A stretch of 10,657 bases of DNA from Vulcanimicrobiota bacterium (GTDB taxonomy: Bacteria > Vulcanimicrobiota > Vulcanimicrobiia > Vulcanimicrobiales > Vulcanimicrobiaceae). The translations under genes were made by a program, and so were the position numbers. Under the pieces are notes generated by a model. It searched no databases. It saw nothing but the letters and a program-made list of their open reading frames with translations, and was not told where the DNA came from. Positions 6,769 to 10,657 of the stretch are shown here, one piece after another; position 1 is the stretch's first letter, and each line of letters starts with the position of its first letter. The stretch lies in NCBI GenBank assembly GCA_003133025.1, contig PKZK01000253.1:8669-19325 (forward strand), given 5' to 3'.

Positions 6769-7034
6769 TTACACCTTCGTCAAGTCGATATCGATGCCCG
6801 AGGGATCGCCCCCCATCTTCTCAGCGATCTGGGCCGTATCCCGCGGCGGCGACGATCCGGGCGGCGCCGCTCGCGTCCGGCTCGCTACCGTGGACCCGCG
6901 GGCCGCGAATTCCTCGCAGAGGGCGACGAACTTCTTGCGCTTGATCGTCGCGCACGAGCGTCGCTATCTCGTCGAACGACTTCTCGATCTCTGCGCCGCC
7001 GGCATCGTAGTCGAATCATAACGCTCCGCAACAT
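6769..7034 (-). pseudogene. bchE: Heavily deleted, frameshifted bchE remnant (anaerobic Mg-protoporphyrin IX monomethyl ester cyclase)
   Basis: Three collinear pieces in different frames: MLRSVMI (7034-7014), DYDAGGAEI+EKSFDEIATLVRD (7012-6947), TIKRKKFVALCEEFAARG...IDLTKV* (6948-6769). They resemble recalled BchE motifs MRIxMIxPNYHSGGAEI, VVDEIExLVRD and EEPTINRKKFxxxCEExxARG. The stop lies 4 bp before bchJ. Confidence 0.8.
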
Positions 7035-7153
7035 CGGCCGAGGCTAACGCTCCGATTTGTGCTCGGCGTGAGAATCGCTCGCTTGCAATGCGCGCGCGGC
7101 GCGCCGGCTCCGCAGCGTCGTCACAAGAGAACGTCGCCGCTCGGGCGAACGTC

Positions 7154-8515
7154 ATGGCGATCCGACGAACTTCCGTCCGCTCGGCAGCCGCTTTCGCGCT
7201 AGCGATGAGCGCCGCCGCGCTCGAGTCGGGATGCGGAGGGAGCAGCGTCAATCCGGGAGGCCCCGGCCAGCCTGCTCCGGCCGCGAAGATTCTCCACGTG
7301 ATCGTTATCGTTCAAGAAAATCGCACGCCCGACAACCTTTTCCACGGCTTGCCCAACGCCGACACGAGTCCGTCGAGCGGCCTCGATTCGCAAGGCCAAC
7401 AGGTGCAGTTGCTGCCGGTCGATCTGCAAGAGGGTTTCGATCTCGATCATCGCCACGAGGGCTTCACCTACGAATGGGACGGCGGCAAACTCGACGGCTG
7501 GAATCTCGAACCGGCGATGCCGTGCTCCGGCACGTGTCCGCCCGCGGCGCAACGCCCGTACATGTACGTGCCGCAGAACCAAGTGCAGCCCTATTGGGAC
7601 CTAGCCGAGCAGTACGTTTTCGCCGATCGCATGTTCCAGAGCAACCGCGGCCCGAGCTTCCCCGCGCACCAGTACATCATCGGCGGCAACGCTTTGGCGG
7701 CTCCGGCCGACACGCCGTACGTCATCGCGGATAACCCGTCGGTGCCCGGCCAGGGCGCGCAGACGGGCGGCTGCAACTCGCCCGCGGGTACGCTCGTGGA
7801 GTTGCTCGACCCTACGAGCGGCAACGTCGAGCAATCGGTCTATCCGTGCTTCGATCACCCCGTGCTGATGGATCTGCTCGACGCAAAGAAAATCTCGTGG
7901 CGCTATTACCAGGCGGGCGCCGCACCCTCGCCCGGACTCTGGGCGCTCGACGCGATCCAGCACATCGTCGACGGACCCGACGTGGCGAACATCAGCGCGC
8001 CGAGTTCGAACATCCTGAACGACATTGCCTCGGGCAACCTCGCCTCGGTCTCGTGGGTCACGCCCACCGGCATCGACTCCGATCACCCGGGCGACGGTGG
8101 CGCCGGCCCGTCCTGGGTCGCTTCGATCGTCAATGCCGCCGGCGCGAGCGCCTATTGGAACTCGACGGCGGTCATCGTCACGTGGGACGACTGGGGCGGG
8201 TGGTACGATCACGTGCCGCCGCCGACGCGCAACGCCAACGAACTCGGCTTCCGCGTGCCTCTGCTGGTCGTGTCGCCGTACGCCAAGAGCGGCTACGTCT
8301 CACACGTGCAGTACGAATTCAGCAGCATTTTGAAGTTCATTGAAGAACAGTTCGACCTGGGCAGCTTGGGCACGACCGACGCCTTGGCCAACGATCTCGG
8401 CGACTGTTTCGACTTCAGCCAAAAACCTCGCCCTTATACGCAGATTCAAAGCCGCTATGCACGGAGTTATTTCATGAGAATTCCCCCCAGCAATCGCCCG
8501 GTCGATCCCGAATGA
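7154..8515 (+). CDS. Phosphoesterase family (phospholipase C / acid phosphatase, PF04185-type) probable lipoprotein, paralog 1
   Basis: HVIVIVQENRTPDNLF, GPSFPAHQY, SDHP, WDDWGGWYDHVPPP, LGFRVPLLVVSPYAK, EFSSILKFIE. The signal peptide from ATG 7154 ends in SGC. The ORF-track start at 7088 is probably too far upstream. Confidence 0.92.
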   Translation: MAIRRTSVRSAAAFALAMSAAALESGCGGSSVNPGGPGQPAPAAKILHVIVIVQENRTPDNLFHGLPNADTSPSSGLDSQGQQVQLLPVDLQEGFDLDHRHEGFTYEWDGGKLDGWNLEPAMPCSGTCPPAAQRPYMYVPQNQVQPYWDLAEQYVFADRMFQSNRGPSFPAHQYIIGGNALAAPADTPYVIADNPSVPGQGAQTGGCNSPAGTLVELLDPTSGNVEQSVYPCFDHPVLMDLLDAKKISWRYYQAGAAPSPGLWALDAIQHIVDGPDVANISAPSSNILNDIASGNLASVSWVTPTGIDSDHPGDGGAGPSWVASIVNAAGASAYWNSTAVIVTWDDWGGWYDHVPPPTRNANELGFRVPLLVVSPYAKSGYVSHVQYEFSSILKFIEEQFDLGSLGTTDALANDLGDCFDFSQKPRPYTQIQSRYARSYFMRIPPSNRPVDPE

Positions 8516-9885
8516 CGCGCCGCTTCGAACGCGTGCTGCGCCCCCTTGCCGCCGGCGCATGCCTGGCGTGGCTGTCGGGCTGCAGCGGCGGCGGTGGCGG
8601 ATCGTCGCCCGCGCCCGCCGGCCCAACGACCGCGCCGACCTCGGCGCCGCAGTCGAAGATCCAGCACGTCATCATCATCTTCCAAGAGAACCGGTCGCCG
8701 GACAACCTCTTCCACGGCTTGCCCAACGCCGACACGAGTCCGCAATACGGTCTCAACTCGCTCGGCCGGCAAGTGCCGTTGCAACCCATCGATCTCGAGG
8801 TAGCCTTCGACCTGGATCACAGCCACGAGGGCTTCGGGTACGAGTGGGACGGCGGAAAACTCGACGGCTGGAATCTCGAGCCGCCGAGCGCGTGCAAACG
8901 GCTCCAGTGCCCGCCCGGGGCTCAGCGTCCATACATGTACGTGCCCGAGAGCCAGGTGCAACCGTATTTCGATCTCGCCGAGCAGTACGTGTTTGCCGAC
9001 CGCATGTTCCAGACCAACCGCGGGCCGAGCTTCGCGGCGCATCAGTACATCATCTCGGGCACGGCGGTAGCCACGCCCGACTATTCGCCCTACGTCATCG
9101 AAGACAACCCGAGCAACGGCGACGTCGCGCCGCCCGGTGGCTGCAATTCCGTCGCGAACACGCTGGTGCCGTTGATGGATCCGGTGACGGGCGCGATCGA
9201 ACAATCCGTCTATCCGTGCTTCGACCATCCGGTGCTGATGGATCTGCTCGATGCCAAGCATATCTCGTGGCGCTACTATCAGCCGCAGACGCCGCCGGCG
9301 CCCGGCCTGTGGACGCTCGATGCGATCAAGCACATCGTCGACGGTCCCGACCTCGCCGATATCAGCGCACCGTCCACCAATATTCTGAGCGACATCGGCG
9401 GCGGCACGCTGCCCGCCGTCTCTTGGGTCATCCCCAACGATTCGGAATCCGATCATCCCGAAGGCGGCGACAAGGGGCCGTCGTGGGTTGCCTCGATCGC
9501 GAACGCCGCCGGTTCGAGCCAGTATTGGAACTCGACCGCGATCGTCGTCTTGTGGGACGACTGGGGCGGCTGGTACGATCACGTGCAGCCGCCGACGCGC
9601 AACGCCGAGGAACTGGGCTTTCGCGTGCCGCTGATCGTCATCTCGCCGTACGCGAAGACCGGCTACGTCTCGCACGTGCAATACGAATTCGGCAGCATCC
9701 TGAAGTTCGTGGAAGAGCAATTCGGTTTGAGCAGTCTGGGCTATACCGACCTGACCGCAAACGATCTCGCCGACTGCTTCAATTTTGGCCAGGCCCCGCG
9801 CACCTACAAGCAGATCCAAAGCCTTTACTCACGCTCGTATTTCATGCACCAGCCGCGGGACGTGCGGCCGATCGACAGCTACTGA
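8512..9885 (+). CDS. Phosphoesterase family lipoprotein, paralog 2
   Basis: Same motifs (QENRSPDNLF, GPSFAAHQY, SDHP, WDDWGGWYDHV, LGFRVP); lipobox LSGC; ATGA overlap with paralog 1. Confidence 0.93.
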   Translation: MTRRFERVLRPLAAGACLAWLSGCSGGGGGSSPAPAGPTTAPTSAPQSKIQHVIIIFQENRSPDNLFHGLPNADTSPQYGLNSLGRQVPLQPIDLEVAFDLDHSHEGFGYEWDGGKLDGWNLEPPSACKRLQCPPGAQRPYMYVPESQVQPYFDLAEQYVFADRMFQTNRGPSFAAHQYIISGTAVATPDYSPYVIEDNPSNGDVAPPGGCNSVANTLVPLMDPVTGAIEQSVYPCFDHPVLMDLLDAKHISWRYYQPQTPPAPGLWTLDAIKHIVDGPDLADISAPSTNILSDIGGGTLPAVSWVIPNDSESDHPEGGDKGPSWVASIANAAGSSQYWNSTAIVVLWDDWGGWYDHVQPPTRNAEELGFRVPLIVISPYAKTGYVSHVQYEFGSILKFVEEQFGLSSLGYTDLTANDLADCFNFGQAPRTYKQIQSLYSRSYFMHQPRDVRPIDSY

Positions 9886-9928
9886 CCCGACCCTGAGGCC
9901 GGCCCCGATTCCGGCCGATGATTCGAAG

Positions 9929-10657
9929 GTGAGGAGCGCTGCGAACCGGAGCCCGCTCGCGGCGCTCGCCGCACTGGGCTTGTTGCTGGCCTTGGCTTTC
10001 GCCCTGGACCCCAAGACGCGGCCGGCCAACGTGCTGACCGACTTCAGCGCGTTCTATTGCGCGGGGGCCGCGCTCAATCGAGGCGCCGACCCGTATCTGG
10101 CCGAGCCGTTAGGCGCGTGCGAACGGGCTCCGGCGCCAGGCTGGCTCTCCCGCTCGCAGCCGGCCCTCGCCATTCCGGCGCCGTTACCGCCCTATGCGCT
10201 CGCCGCGTTCAGGCCGTTCGCCACCCTCCCGTATGCCGCGGCCGCCTTTGCCTGGTGGGCGGTGCTCTCGGCCGCGCTGGCCTGCACCGCGCTCGCGCTG
10301 CGCCGCGCAACCGGCCTGCCCTGGGCCGCCGTCGTCGGCGCGATCGCGCTGGGCGACGGGTACGTCGGCCTAGCCCTAGGCCAAATCGCGCCGGTCGCCA
10401 TAGCGGCCGTGGCGGTCGCGCTGTGGCTCCTGGAGTCGGAGCGCGAGGCGGCCGCGGGCTGGGTGGCCGCGCTCGCCATGCTCGAGCCGCACGTCGGCCT
10501 GCCCGCCTGTCTCGCGCTCTTTCTCTGGAAACCGCGCACGCGCTTGCCGTTGCTCCTCGCGGGCGCAGCCCTGGCGGGTGCCGCGTACGCGTTCGCCGGG
10601 CCGACACTCTGGCGCGAATATTTCGGCGCGGTCCTGCCCGCCCACGCGGCGTCCGAA
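9929..10657 (+). CDS. GT87/DUF2029-like membrane glycosyltransferase (3' end runs off the window)
   Basis: Manual translation from GTG 9929, open to the window end: MRSAANRSPLAALAALGLLLALAFAL...LTDFSAFYCAGAALNRGADPYLAEPLGACE...PAPLPPYALAAFRPFATLPY...LALGQIAPV...LAMLEPHVGLP (DFxxxY, DPY, LPP, GQ and (K/E)PH motifs of GT-C/GT87). Not in the ORF track. Confidence 0.85.
   Translation, partial: MRSAANRSPLAALAALGLLLALAFALDPKTRPANVLTDFSAFYCAGAALNRGADPYLAEPLGACERAPAPGWLSRSQPALAIPAPLPPYALAAFRPFATLPYAAAAFAWWAVLSAALACTALALRRATGLPWAAVVGAIALGDGYVGLALGQIAPVAIAAVAVALWLLESEREAAAGWVAALAMLEPHVGLPACLALFLWKPRTRLPLLLAGAALAGAAYAFAGPTLWREYFGAVLPAHAASE

Noticed and set aside
6794..7021. 75 aa plus-strand ORF (MPEGSPP...)
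   Set aside because: It is the antisense shadow of the bchE remnant, with no recognisable motif.
7035..7153. PpsR (TGT-N12-ACA) or FNR (TTGAT-N4-ATCAA) site upstream of the bchE remnant
   Set aside because: Neither palindrome was found by eye.
2972..9896. Long Arg/Ala-rich alternative-frame ORFs (e.g. 2972..4639, 3448..4560, 4596..5576, 6337..7047, 8467..9819, 8559..9896)
   Set aside because: Typical high-GC off-frame or antisense ORFs that overlap well-supported genes.
9931..9944. GAGGAGCGCTGCGA resembles the SAH riboswitch core
   Set aside because: The downstream CAGGCTC-type pseudoknot partner is missing, the motif lies in the first codons of the GT87-like CDS, and no SAH-related gene follows.

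Overview
GC-rich bacterial window. The left end is a core translation/transcription cluster on the minus strand: rpmG, tRNA-Trp, secE, nusG (partial), behind a clear sigma70-type promoter. The rest is accessory: a 2OG-Fe(II) oxygenase, tRNA-Arg(CCT), a DUF5666-like exported protein, a FUSC membrane protein, a 7-repeat GloVer-type protein, bchJ, two tandem phosphoesterase (phospholipase C/acid phosphatase) lipoproteins and a partial GT87-like glycosyltransferase. The most notable signal is not called in the ORF track: 266 bp directly upstream of bchJ holds three collinear, frameshifted fragments resembling the bacteriochlorophyll anaerobic cyclase gene bchE, i.e. a collapsed bchE-bchJ unit. bchJ looks intact and probably starts at a CTG. 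A second decayed gene (SDR C-terminus) lies next to tRNA-Arg. The region upstream of rpmG has a candidate structured RNA and a hairpin plus TTNTTT element. The gene content suggests Ca. Eremiobacterota (Vulcanimicrobiota/WPS-2); this is inference. All family assignments come from motif recognition, not database searches.
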